Notes: a model not told the origin generated them from the sequence alone. A stretch of DNA of 64,000 nucleotides from an uncultured Bifidobacterium sp. (GCF_949292005.1 NZ_CASEXV010000025.1:51186-115185); one strand, 5' to 3'. Numbered from the stretch's first letter, positions 39,783-49,594 are shown. Program-made: numbers and translations.

Positions 39783-41099
39783 ATGCGGACGCCTCCTGAC
39801 CTGACGGGTGGGCCGCGCCGGCGGCAGGGGCTCTCCGTTGGTCCTCTTCCGGTCGGCTACTCCGCTGAGGATGAGGAACGTTGGATTCCCGAACCTCCGA
39901 AGTCGGCATCGCGAACGGCGTTCCAGCGTGACAGGGCTCGTCTGATTCATTCCTCGGCGCTGCGGCGGCTTGGAGCCAAAAGCCAGATTCTTGTGGCCGG
40001 CACCGATGATTTCGCGCGCACTCGTCTGACCCATACGCTCGAGGTCGCCCAGATCGGCCGGCAGATCGCAGCCATGCTCGGCTGCGATCCCGATGTCGTC
40101 GATTGCGCCTGTTTGGCCCACGATCTGGGGCACCCTCCTTTCGGACACAATGGCGAGCGCGTGCTCTCGGACATCGCCAAGGACATCGGAGGCTTCGAGG
40201 GCAACGCGCAGACACTCCGCATCCTCACGCGCCTCGAGCCCAAGGTGATGACCGATGATGGCCGGTCGGCCGGCGTGAACCTCACCAGAGCGGCCCTTGA
40301 TGCGGCCGTCAAATATCCGTGGCCGCTGTCGCAGGCATACAGGCATCCCAAGGGAGAGAGAAGCGCGAAGTTCTGCGTATATCCGGATGATATGGAGGTT
40401 TTCCGCTGGCTCAGACGGGGGGCTCCCGAGGATGTGACCCCCATGGAGTGCCAGGTCATGGATCTGTCCGACGACATCGCCTACAGCGTGCATGACGTCG
40501 AGGATGCCATCGCCACCAATGCCTTCAATCCTTTGGCGCTGCGCGACCCCACCGTCATCGATTCCATCGTTGATGTCACGCGTCGCTGGTACGGCTCCTC
40601 ATGGAACTCCGACCTCCTTCTTCAGGCGTTGGGGCGTCTGCGCTCCAAAGGCGCGTTCCCCGAGCATTTCGACGGATCACGGCGGGCCCTGGCCCATTTG
40701 AAGAACATCACGAGCGCGCTCATCGGTCGTTTCGCCGTCTCGGTGGAGAGGGCCACCCGTGAGGCGTATGGGAGCGGGCCGCTGACCCGATATGGAGCTC
40801 GCGTGGTCATACCTGCGGACACGTCGTACGAGATCGTGGCGTTGAAGGGAATCGCGGTGTATTTCGTCATGGAGCCCAGGGAACGGGAGCCCCTGCATGA
40901 TGAGGAGCTGAGAATAGTGCGGGACCTCGTCGACGTTCTGATGGCCGACTCGCCGCGGGCGAGCGACGCGCTTGAACCGGTGTTCCTTCAGGACTGGAAC
41001 GATGCGGCGAATGACGGCGAGCGTCTGCGTGTCGCGGTGGACCAGGTGGCGAGTCTGACGGACGGATCGGCCATGGCGCTGCACGCCATACTGTGTTGA
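39783..41099 (+). CDS. dgt: dGTP triphosphohydrolase (HD domain); start uncertain, 39753-39783
   Basis: RTAFQRDRARLIHS, RTRLTHTLEV, AHDLGHPPFGH, FEGNAQ, DDIAYSVHD. Confidence 0.93.
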   Translation: MRTPPDLTGGPRRRQGLSVGPLPVGYSAEDEERWIPEPPKSASRTAFQRDRARLIHSSALRRLGAKSQILVAGTDDFARTRLTHTLEVAQIGRQIAAMLGCDPDVVDCACLAHDLGHPPFGHNGERVLSDIAKDIGGFEGNAQTLRILTRLEPKVMTDDGRSAGVNLTRAALDAAVKYPWPLSQAYRHPKGERSAKFCVYPDDMEVFRWLRRGAPEDVTPMECQVMDLSDDIAYSVHDVEDAIATNAFNPLALRDPTVIDSIVDVTRRWYGSSWNSDLLLQALGRLRSKGAFPEHFDGSRRALAHLKNITSALIGRFAVSVERATREAYGSGPLTRYGARVVIPADTSYEIVALKGIAVYFVMEPREREPLHDEELRIVRDLVDVLMADSPRASDALEPVFLQDWNDAANDGERLRVAVDQVASLTDGSAMALHAILC

Positions 41100-41138
41100 T
41101 GGCTGGCCATTCCCTCTCCTGCGCTAGTGTGGGTGCCT

Positions 41139-43187
41139 ATGGCCGGGATGATCGATAAGCAGGATGTGGAGAAGGTTCGCGCCGCGGCGGACCTGTACGA
41201 CATAGTGTCGTCCTCGGTGACGCTCAAGCCCTCGGGAACCGGGACCTTCGTAGGTCTGTGCCCCTTCCACGACGAGAAGACGCCAAGCTTCAACGTCCGT
41301 CCCTCGCTTGGCGTCTGGCACTGTTTTGGATGCGGACAGGGTGGCGATGTGTTCGCGTATGTCCAGCAGCGCGAGAATGTGGATTTCCGGGAGGCCGTCG
41401 AACTTCTCGCCGATCGCTACCGTATCGAGCTCCACTACGCGCAAGGCGGCTCGGAACGCGTCGAGGGTCAGGGATCCAAGCGCACCAGGCTGCTGGACGC
41501 GAACGAGGAGGCGCAGAGATTCTTCGTCGAGCAGCTGTCCGGGGACGATGCCGCCGCCGCGCGGTCGATGCTGTCGGGAAGGAACTTCTCCCGGGAGGAT
41601 TGCGGACGCTTCGGATGCGGATACGCCCCCCGTGGCTGGGACAATCTTGTCCGGCATCTCGCGCAGAAGGGCTTCACGCACAAGGAGCTGATCGACGCGG
41701 GACTGGCACGACAGGGGCAGCGGGGGATCTACGACTACTTCCGTGGTCGTGTGACGTGGCCCATACGGGACTCTACCGGACGGACTTTGGGTTTCGGCGC
41801 GAGACGCCTGTACGACGACGACGTGATCGAAGCGAAGTACATCAACACCCCCGATACCATCCTGTACCGCAAAACTCAGGTGCTCTACGGTCTTGACCTG
41901 GCTAAGAGGTCGATAGTTCGCAAGCGGCAGGCGGTCATCGTCGAAGGATACACGGATGTCATGGCCTGCCATCTCGCCGGAGTCGACACCGCCGTGGCGA
42001 CGTGCGGAACCGCGTTCGGTGCCGAGCATGCGAAGATCGTCCGGCGCCTGATCTCGGACGACTCGCTCGGGGCAGTCCAGTTGGTGGGGCCGCACAAGGT
42101 CGACGGTCAGCAGCTCAGCTCACGTATCGTCTTCACTTTCGACGGTGACGCCGCAGGACAGAAGGCGGCCGTCCATGCGTTCGGGCTGGATTCCGCGTTT
42201 CTTTCGCAGACTTTCGTCGCAGTCGCCCAGGACAATCTCGATCCGTGCGATCTGCGCATTCGGCAGGGGGACGAGGCCGTGCGGTCACTGGTGGAGACGG
42301 CCAAGCCCCTGTACGATTTCGTCATCGATACGGCCATAGAGCGTTTCGATATGGGCTACACCGCGGGGCAGATGGGGGCCGTGAAAGCCGTGGCCCCATT
42401 GATCGCGCAGATCCGGGACAAATCCCTTCTCGACATATACACGCGCAAGGTCACGCGCCGCATCGGTGTGGATCTTGATCTGATGCGCGACGAAGTCGGT
42501 TCCGCCCGCAGAAGGATGCGCATAATCGCCGATGACGCGTACGCGTCGCCGCGCAGGGGAGAACCCGCGGGACGAGGCGCTGGCGTGCGCGAAGAGGTGG
42601 ACGAGAGGGTCGAACGTGGAAGGATCCAGCGTCGGGACGCGGCGGAGCAGTCCTACCATCGCATCGATGATGCCGTTTTCATTTGTGAGCAGCAGTTCAT
42701 GGCCGTGGTGATTCAGCAACCCGATGCGATCGACCCGGAGGCGTTCTCACAGCTCACCTTGATGAATTTCATCACGCCGGTGTTCCGCTCCTTGTTCCAA
42801 GCCATCGCCGCTGCCGGTGGGCTTCCGGCTGGAGGGGTCCCACAGGGACTGTGGATGCATGAGATCTCCAAGGCCGCTGGTCCCCTTCTGCAGCCGGTGG
42901 TCGATGAGCTGGCCGTCATGCCTCTGCCGCTTCCTCGCACCGCTGAAGGCGACGGTGGCGCCACGTCCGCGGATTCGGGACCCAGCGCGGCGGAAAGGCG
43001 CTACGCATCAGAGTTGATGGTGCGTCTTATGGATCTTGGCTATATGAGGAGAATAGGGGCGGCGAAGCGCCGCATGGCGCAGCTTGGGTCCGACAGTCCG
43101 CAGGGGATAGGGCTTCTGGGCGACATCGCGGGACTGGAGAAGGCGAGACGCGAGTTGCGCGACCAGATTTTCGGCAACGCGCTATGA
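41139..43187 (+). CDS. dnaG: DNA primase
   Basis: CPFHDEKTPSF zinc finger, KYINTP, VEGYTDV, FDGDAAG (TOPRIM). Confidence 0.97.
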   Translation: MAGMIDKQDVEKVRAAADLYDIVSSSVTLKPSGTGTFVGLCPFHDEKTPSFNVRPSLGVWHCFGCGQGGDVFAYVQQRENVDFREAVELLADRYRIELHYAQGGSERVEGQGSKRTRLLDANEEAQRFFVEQLSGDDAAAARSMLSGRNFSREDCGRFGCGYAPRGWDNLVRHLAQKGFTHKELIDAGLARQGQRGIYDYFRGRVTWPIRDSTGRTLGFGARRLYDDDVIEAKYINTPDTILYRKTQVLYGLDLAKRSIVRKRQAVIVEGYTDVMACHLAGVDTAVATCGTAFGAEHAKIVRRLISDDSLGAVQLVGPHKVDGQQLSSRIVFTFDGDAAGQKAAVHAFGLDSAFLSQTFVAVAQDNLDPCDLRIRQGDEAVRSLVETAKPLYDFVIDTAIERFDMGYTAGQMGAVKAVAPLIAQIRDKSLLDIYTRKVTRRIGVDLDLMRDEVGSARRRMRIIADDAYASPRRGEPAGRGAGVREEVDERVERGRIQRRDAAEQSYHRIDDAVFICEQQFMAVVIQQPDAIDPEAFSQLTLMNFITPVFRSLFQAIAAAGGLPAGGVPQGLWMHEISKAAGPLLQPVVDELAVMPLPLPRTAEGDGGATSADSGPSAAERRYASELMVRLMDLGYMRRIGAAKRRMAQLGSDSPQGIGLLGDIAGLEKARRELRDQIFGNAL

Positions 43188-43239
43188 GCCTATGTCCGAA
43201 CGAGACGTCGATGCGAGGATGCTCTAGGCGAGGGACTTC

Positions 43240-44553
43240 TTAGACAAGGGAGTATCGCGCGGCGCGGGATCGTCCATGCATGGTGATTCGACCATCCTTG
43301 GCCAGTCTTCGGAGCACGTGGGCGGTCTGGTTCTTCGTAAGACCAAGCCGCGTCTGTATCTCGGCCCTACTAAGCGTTGTGTTGCTCGCGGCCAGAAGCC
43401 GGAGCGTCACATCCTCGAGCGGGGCCAGTGTGGCGGCCATCGGAGTGAGAACGCGTCGCGCATCCCCTGATGGCGCGCCCGGAGGACGAAGAAGGACCAC
43501 CCTCGGTCCTGCGGTGTCTAATCCTGTGGCATCTGATTGAAGAGGGTCTCCGAAGGTCGTCCTTTCCAGACTTGCGGATGTCTGGAGCGGCATCCGACCG
43601 CGACGTTCGCCATGGCCGATCGGCGTGGTGGATTCGTTTGCCGTGTCGTCGGTTGGCGCGGTGGTGGGAATCTGGCTGGGAAAGGCGTAGCGCCGTGCCG
43701 TGTGTCCGGAACCGGGCTTCCGGAAGCGCCCGCCACCCGTGCCGTCATGGCCAGGGGAAGCGTTGTGGAGGGGTTCATCCGTCCATGGGATGCGCCGGGG
43801 CAGAACAATGGCCACGGACGCGGACGCGGCGCGTAGGTGGGGGCTTCGGGCGCAGTCGGCATAGGATTCCATGATGCGTTGAATGCCCAGACCGGCGTTC
43901 TCGCTCAGTCCAAGCGCGCCGAAGGCCCGTGCGAGCTCGGGATTGCGGGGCTGGCATATTCCGTTGAGAACATCGTCGGCGTGGAGCCCCGCGCTGAGCC
44001 CGCCCAGGGATATCACCTCAAGACGGTCGTCGAAGCGGTGAATAACCGTTGGCCCGCTGAAATCATAGTCACGGTGCATGTACGCGTTGGCAAGGCTCTC
44101 ACGCACCGCATCCATCGGCCATATGCTATGCGTGGTGGGTTTGGCGGATTCGGTGGGTTTGACGGATTCTTCGGATTCCGCGGTGGATGTCTCGTCTTTC
44201 TCGGCGGCGCCGGGTTGAGCATCGACAGCGTTGTCGGTCCCGAGCAGAATGCGCAGCGATTCATCAAGCTGCTGAAGAATCGATCCGCGTCGGGTGATGA
44301 CCCGTCGCGGCGAGGATGCGTCGGAGCCGTCCACGAGGACGATTCTGGTGGTGAACGGACAGTCGTCGGACAGTATCAGACCCGTGCGGCTGGGTTCTCC
44401 CGAATCGTTCTCGAGATGAAGAAGAGCGCGGGTGGCGTCGTCCCACGCCAGTCCGTGCGATTGGGCCACGTCGCGAAGATAGGTGAATGGCAGAGACGGG
44501 TCCGCGTCATGCTTTGGAGTGTTTTCTCCGGTCCCGTCATTCCCTCTCACCAT
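43240..44553 (-). CDS. HATPase_c_4 (RecG C-terminal-like) domain + C-terminal winged-helix protein
   Basis: AVRESLANAYMHRDY, DRLEVISLGGL, PRNPELA, ENAGLGIQRI; C-terminal LSRAEIQTRLGL...G-x-SRAARY. Confidence 0.8.
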   Translation of the reverse strand: MVRGNDGTGENTPKHDADPSLPFTYLRDVAQSHGLAWDDATRALLHLENDSGEPSRTGLILSDDCPFTTRIVLVDGSDASSPRRVITRRGSILQQLDESLRILLGTDNAVDAQPGAAEKDETSTAESEESVKPTESAKPTTHSIWPMDAVRESLANAYMHRDYDFSGPTVIHRFDDRLEVISLGGLSAGLHADDVLNGICQPRNPELARAFGALGLSENAGLGIQRIMESYADCARSPHLRAASASVAIVLPRRIPWTDEPLHNASPGHDGTGGGRFRKPGSGHTARRYAFPSQIPTTAPTDDTANESTTPIGHGERRGRMPLQTSASLERTTFGDPLQSDATGLDTAGPRVVLLRPPGAPSGDARRVLTPMAATLAPLEDVTLRLLAASNTTLSRAEIQTRLGLTKNQTAHVLRRLAKDGRITMHGRSRAARYSLV

Positions 44554-44587
44554 GCCTGCATGGTAACGGCAGCTTGAGACACGGGAG

Positions 44588-44614
44588 CATCGCATAACAT
44601 CGCATAACATCGCA
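44588..44614. repeat. 10-bp direct repeat (CATCGCATAA x2.7)
   Basis: catcgcataa catcgcataa catcgca, just upstream of the promoter of the 43240-44553 gene. Confidence 0.85.
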
Positions 44615-44642
44615 CTCGAATTCGCTTGGTGCCGGTGACCTG

Positions 44643-44849
44643 CTATCCGACGATTCTCGCCCCGCTGGGGACATGGTCGAACGTTTTCCCACAAGACACG
44701 CATGTGAACATGGTCTTGGTCTTGCCCAGGCCCGCCGCGCCGCCGACCGCGCCGATAGGGCCGAGAAGCAGGCCTCCGATGATGCCCTTGGTGACGGACA
44801 GCTTCTTCTTCTGGCCGGCCACGACCACTTCGCGATGATTGCAGAACAT
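44643..44849 (-). CDS. Small (68 aa) glycine-zipper / zinc-ribbon protein
   Basis: MFCNH...KKKLSVTKGIIGGLLLGPIGAVGGAAGLGK...FTCVSCGKTF; GGAGG RBS. Confidence 0.75.
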   Translation of the reverse strand: MFCNHREVVVAGQKKKLSVTKGIIGGLLLGPIGAVGGAAGLGKTKTMFTCVSCGKTFDHVPSGARIVG

Positions 44850-44992
44850 GGAACCCCTCCCAGATCGGCGTGTGCACGGGAAATTATAGGCCTCGCGCAT
44901 CGATTTCCGGGCGGGGCGGGGCATAACAGCCGGTGGTGAGAACCGTGGGATCCGCGAACCCCTCAAACTCCAATGTCTCCTCAGGTTCGGAG

Positions 44993-45066
44993 TGACCCCG
45001 GCCGGATTCGAACCGGCGACCTACAGATTAGAAGTCAGTTGCTCTATCCAGCTGAGCTACGGGGCC
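44993..45066 (-). tRNA. tRNA-Arg (anticodon UCU), CCA not encoded
   Basis: GGCCCCG/CGGGGTC acceptor stem, AGCTCAGCTGGATAGAGC D-arm, CTTCTAA anticodon loop, GGTTCGAATCC T-arm. Confidence 0.96.
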
Positions 45067-45262
45067 AAGACAACGAGACGACATTCTACCAGTGTGGAGG
45101 ACTTATGTCGCGGTGTGCCGCACTGCTGGTCGGCTATCGTGGGATTGGATCGGACGATCACTTCCGGCGTTGGCCGGCGCATGGTCGTCGGGCGGGATTC
45201 CCGCGGCGCACGTTGGCGAGGGAACTTAATCGAACGTAGAAACTCACAGGACGAGAGACACG

Positions 45263-45643
45263 ATGGATAAGAAAACAATGAGGGAACTACGGTCGCAGGC
45301 GCAGAGCATGTCTGTGGTCGTATGGATCGGGCGCAACGGTGTCACGGATGCCGTGGTCTCGCAGGTGTCCGAAACCTTGGACTCCCGTGAGCTCATCAAA
45401 TGCGCAGTGCAGGACGGATGTCCGGTGGATGCGCGGGAGGCGGGGGAGGAGGTCGCCGGTCGCGTGGGTGGCGAACTGGTTCAGGTGATTGGCCGGCGCT
45501 TTGTGCTTTTCCGGCCGATTCTCGACGACAAGAAGCAGGCGGCATCCAAGAAGCAGGCGGCCTCTCGGACAAGGTCTTCATCGCGTGCGCAGGCGTCATC
45601 AAGGCCGGGAAAGGGAGCTCGGAGGTATTCCGGGAGGTTATGA
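45263..45643 (+). CDS. YhbY/CRM-domain RNA-binding protein
   Basis: LRSQA, IGRNGVT, L-x-x-RELIK, VQVIGRRFVLFR; basic tail. Confidence 0.88.
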   Translation: MDKKTMRELRSQAQSMSVVVWIGRNGVTDAVVSQVSETLDSRELIKCAVQDGCPVDAREAGEEVAGRVGGELVQVIGRRFVLFRPILDDKKQAASKKQAASRTRSSSRAQASSRPGKGARRYSGRL

Positions 45644-45656
45644 CGTCTCGATGGCG

Positions 45657-47627
45657 CTACTTCTCGCAGGTAGTGCCACTTCTCGTCGGTGAGGGCCGAT
45701 TCGCTTCCAGTTCCCGCATAACCCGTGCCGCCAGCGCATCCGCGGTCAAGCCATAGCGCCGCTCAAGTTCGGCGAGTGGCACGCGATTGGCGATTTCCTT
45801 GTCGGCGCCCAGGCACACGACGTGTGGCCGGGCGTGGCCATCGTCCGGTGATGAGTCGATTCCCGCCGCCACATGCTCGCCCCACCCGCCGTCGAGCTGG
45901 CCGTCCTCCACGGTAAGGATGAGATGGTGGTCGGTGGCGATTCGGCTCAGCGTCGCGCAGTCCACGGTCGAGGCCTGCCTGGGGTCGATGATGGTGGGGT
46001 TGACTCTTCCCTCGGACGATTTCTCCACAAGCGTCGCTGCCCGCTCCACCACCGGAAGCATGTCGCCCAGTCCGATCAACGCGACACCATGGCCGCGTTT
46101 GGTTATGCGGTATGTCGTGTAAGGGTTCCTTTCCGTGGGTTCGTGGGCGGAACCGGATTCATGCGCGGGAAGAGGGGGTGCCGTCATGGTGGGGGCATCT
46201 GCTCCGAACGCGTCTGCGGAGAGCCCGCGCTCCTTGGCGAGCACCCGCTCTCCGGGCACGCGGATGGCGACGGTGCCGTGGGCGCGGGCGCGGGTGGACC
46301 AATCGAGCATGTCGAGGAAATCCGCCGAGCTCGACGGCACCAGATATGTCATACCGGGAATGGTGGAGAACATCGCCACGTCCAGACTTCCCGAATGCGT
46401 GTGGTCGGTTCCCGATATCCCCGTCGAGAAGACGAGCAGCGTCGAAGGCAGTCCATTAAGCGCCAGCTCCTCGACCAACTGGTCATAGGCGCGCTGGAAG
46501 AACGTTGCGCTGGTCACCAGAACAGGGGTTCCGCCGCCGCGTGCTATCCCCGCGGCGAACGCCGCCGCGTGATCCTCGCTGATGGCGGTGTCGACGTAAT
46601 GGGAGCCGGCACGGGCGCGGAATTCGGGAGTGATCCCATTCGACCGCGCCGTGGCCGGGGATATGACTATCAATCCCGGTTCGGACGCGAACCGCCTCTC
46701 GAGTTGCGACATGGCCAACGAGCCGAACGCCTTGCGCGACCCCATCGGACGGCCCTCCGCGCTGAAGGGGTTCTGCCAATGGTTGAACTCGTGCCTGCCT
46801 TCGAGAACGCCATGGCGGGCGTCCTCCTCGTCAAGGCCGAGGCCCTTGGTGGTGTGGATGTGCACGACGATGGGATGGTCGATGTCCTTCACGTCGGTGA
46901 GGGCGGTTACAAGATCCGACACGTCATTACCGTGTTCCACATAACGGTAGTCCATGCCCAGCGCCGTGAAGATGTTCGGCTGGCCGTGTCCGCCGCTTTC
47001 TCGCAGCCGAGCGAGGCCCGTGTAGAGACCTCCGTGGTTTCGGTCGATGGACATCTCGTTGTCATTGACGATGACGATGAGGTTGCCGCCCTGTTCCGCG
47101 GCGTCGCTCAGACCCTCCAGCGCCACGCCGGAGCTCAACGCGCCGTCGCCGATGATGGCGATGACGTTGCCCGAGCCGGCTCCGTCCGTGAGATGCCGCA
47201 TGTCCCGGGCCTTGGCCATGCCGCAGGCTAGGGAGATCGAGGTTCCCGTATGCCCTAGGGCGAAAAGGTCGTGCTCGCTTTCCTCCGGATTGGTGAACCC
47301 CGTCACCGAGTCGTACCTGTCGGACTGGATGAAGGCGGGTGCCCGTCCGGTGAGCATCTTGTGCACGTAGCTCTGGTGCGAGACATCGAAGATGATGGCG
47401 TCCCTGGGGGAGTCGAAGACGCGATGGAGAGCCACCGTGAGCTCCACCACGGCGAGATTCGATCCGATGTGCCCACCATGGCGCTTGCCGTACTCCACCA
47501 GCGTCGACCTCAATTGAGCGCAGAGGGGGACAAGCTCGTTCGGGTCGAGCTCGCGCACGTCGTCGGGGGAGAGGATCCGACCCAGTGGTCCGCTCGTGGT
47601 TCTCATGCGCTGTGCCCCTTTCGACAT
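45657..47627 (-). CDS. dxs: 1-deoxy-D-xylulose-5-phosphate synthase (short-loop variant)
   Basis: GGHIGSNL, FDVSHQSYVHKMLTGR, GHTGTSIS, IGDGA...NDN TPP motif, TFFQRAYDQ. Confidence 0.85.
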   Translation of the reverse strand: MSKGAQRMRTTSGPLGRILSPDDVRELDPNELVPLCAQLRSTLVEYGKRHGGHIGSNLAVVELTVALHRVFDSPRDAIIFDVSHQSYVHKMLTGRAPAFIQSDRYDSVTGFTNPEESEHDLFALGHTGTSISLACGMAKARDMRHLTDGAGSGNVIAIIGDGALSSGVALEGLSDAAEQGGNLIVIVNDNEMSIDRNHGGLYTGLARLRESGGHGQPNIFTALGMDYRYVEHGNDVSDLVTALTDVKDIDHPIVVHIHTTKGLGLDEEDARHGVLEGRHEFNHWQNPFSAEGRPMGSRKAFGSLAMSQLERRFASEPGLIVISPATARSNGITPEFRARAGSHYVDTAISEDHAAAFAAGIARGGGTPVLVTSATFFQRAYDQLVEELALNGLPSTLLVFSTGISGTDHTHSGSLDVAMFSTIPGMTYLVPSSSADFLDMLDWSTRARAHGTVAIRVPGERVLAKERGLSADAFGADAPTMTAPPLPAHESGSAHEPTERNPYTTYRITKRGHGVALIGLGDMLPVVERAATLVEKSSEGRVNPTIIDPRQASTVDCATLSRIATDHHLILTVEDGQLDGGWGEHVAAGIDSSPDDGHARPHVVCLGADKEIANRVPLAELERRYGLTADALAARVMRELEANRPSPTRSGTTCEK

Positions 47628-47879
47628 TCCCTCGGGGGATATTACGCGGATTCACGACCAATGGGGAGGGTGCGGAGCCGACTTCCCCAACATCTTCGTA
47701 TTACGAAGGGCTTTGTGGAAATACGGCGGGCGGCGGGTTGGCGTGGTCTTGGAACGAGGGGCTCTTCCATGCGGCTGCCCTCCGACGGCGTGTTGGAACG
47801 CCTTGCGGGGAGGCATGGCGGCCTCGGTGTTTTCGCACGCCGTGCGTAGAGTGGAGACGGTTCCACAAGGGAGGTACAT

Positions 47880-48377
47880 ATGGTGGTTGACGCGCCCAAG
47901 GTCGCGGTGGTCATGGGGTCGGCAAGCGACTGGGAGACGATGAGGAACGCTTGCGACATTCTTGACCGTTTCGGAGTCTCCTATGTCAAAAAGGTGGTGT
48001 CCGCCCACCGCACCCCCGATCTTATGGCCGATTTCGCGCATGAGGCGCGCGGCCGTGGTTTGCGGGTGATCATAGCCGGAGCCGGGGGAGCCGCCCACCT
48101 TCCTGGCATGATCGCGGCGCAGACGACGCTTCCCGTCATTGGGGTTCCCGTCCGTTCGCATGCGCTGTCCGGTTGGGACTCGCTGCTGTCCATCGTCCAG
48201 ATGCCGGCGGGCGTTCCGGTTGCGACGACCGCGGTGGGCAATTCCGGCGCCACCAATGCAGGTCTTCTGGCCGTGAGCATCCTGTCCATCGATGACGGCG
48301 ATTTAGCGACGGCGTTGGATGAGTATCGGGAGAAGCTGAGGGAGGAGGTCGAGCTTTCCAATGCCAAGCTTGTCTGA
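47880..48377 (+). CDS. purE: N5-CAIR mutase
   Basis: [36 protein letters not shown]. Confidence 0.97.
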   Translation: MVVDAPKVAVVMGSASDWETMRNACDILDRFGVSYVKKVVSAHRTPDLMADFAHEARGRGLRVIIAGAGGAAHLPGMIAAQTTLPVIGVPVRSHALSGWDSLLSIVQMPAGVPVATTAVGNSGATNAGLLAVSILSIDDGDLATALDEYREKLREEVELSNAKLV

Positions 48378-49554
48378 GGAGACCCATGGAAAGGTCGACC
48401 ATCTTCTTCCCGGGGCGACGATGGGCATCGTCGGCGGAGGCCAGCTTGGCAGGATGATGGCGCTTTCGGCGCGGTACCACGGTTTGCGCATCGGGGTGCT
48501 TGATCCCACCCCGGATTGCCCCGCGGCCCAGGTGGCCGACTTCCAGATCACGGCCGAGTACGACGACCGCGCCGCCATACGGGAGCTCGCCCGACGGTGT
48601 GACGTGCTGACGTACGAGTTCGAGAACGTCGATGCGGATGCGTTGGACGCGGTTCGTGACATTGTTGCCATTCCACAGGGAACCGATCTTCTGCGCGTGA
48701 CCCAGGACCGGGTGCGGGAGAAGACCTTCATCAACGATCATGGCATCGAGACGGCTCCGTGGCGGCAGGTGGACGGACTGGACGATTTGCGCTCCGCCAT
48801 CGAGCGAATCGGATATCCCAGCGTCCTCAAAACTCGGTGCGGCGGATACGATGGGCATGGTCAGAAGGTTCTGCGGGGGCCGGAGGATTTTACCGAGGTC
48901 GAACGCGCTGTTGGCGCCGGCGATCCGCTTCCTCCCAGCATTCTTGAGGGCTTCGTCGATTTCTCGTTCGAGGCGTCCATACTCGTGAGTGGCAATGGCG
49001 TGGATTTCGTCACCTTCCCGATTGTGCGCAATGAGCACCGACACAACATCCTTCATATGACGCTGGCCCCGGCCGATGTCGACGAGGCCGTGGCCGGTAG
49101 GGCCGAAAAGCTGGCGGTGAGTCTGGCGAAGGGATTCGAGCTCGCGGGAACGCTCGCCATCGAGCTGTTCGTCATGCCCGATGACGGTCTCATCGTCAAT
49201 GAGCTGGCTCCGCGGCCGCATAATTCCGGGCATTACACAATAGAGGCGTGCTCCATCGATCAGTTCGATGCGCATGTCCGGGGCATAGCGGGTGTTCCAT
49301 TGCCGCAGCCACGACTGCTCAGCCCCGCGGTAATGGTCAACGTGCTAGGTCAGCATGTGGCACCCACACGTGCCCTTATCCCCGACCATCCCGAATGGAA
49401 CGTCCACGACTATGGCAAGGCCGACATCATCAGAAACAGGAAGATGGGACACATCACCGTTCTGACGGACGACCCGGCCGCCGAGGCACGGAGGTTGGAT
49501 GACACGGGATGCTGGGACGACGTTGAGGAGGCGGGGCATGAGCGGGATCTCTGA
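48361..49554 (+). CDS. purK: N5-CAIR synthetase
   Basis: [38 protein letters not shown]. Confidence 0.96.
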   Translation: MPSLSEETHGKVDHLLPGATMGIVGGGQLGRMMALSARYHGLRIGVLDPTPDCPAAQVADFQITAEYDDRAAIRELARRCDVLTYEFENVDADALDAVRDIVAIPQGTDLLRVTQDRVREKTFINDHGIETAPWRQVDGLDDLRSAIERIGYPSVLKTRCGGYDGHGQKVLRGPEDFTEVERAVGAGDPLPPSILEGFVDFSFEASILVSGNGVDFVTFPIVRNEHRHNILHMTLAPADVDEAVAGRAEKLAVSLAKGFELAGTLAIELFVMPDDGLIVNELAPRPHNSGHYTIEACSIDQFDAHVRGIAGVPLPQPRLLSPAVMVNVLGQHVAPTRALIPDHPEWNVHDYGKADIIRNRKMGHITVLTDDPAAEARRLDDTGCWDDVEEAGHERDL

Positions 49555-49594
49555 TTCCCGGGATTCCCGGTCGGCCAAGGAAGAGGATGATTCC

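Noticed and set aside
43240-44877. 545-aa extended HATPase ORF
   Set aside because: The extension overlaps the better-supported 68-aa ORF in another frame and crosses the promoter repeats. The start at 44553 has a -10 box.
43188-44992. Prophage or integrative element at tRNA-Arg
   Set aside because: No integrase, no duplicated tRNA 3' end found, and no obvious compositional shift.
47628-47879. ZTP or purine riboswitch before purE
   Set aside because: GC-rich stems are present but I could not match consensus elements. An Rfam scan would be needed.
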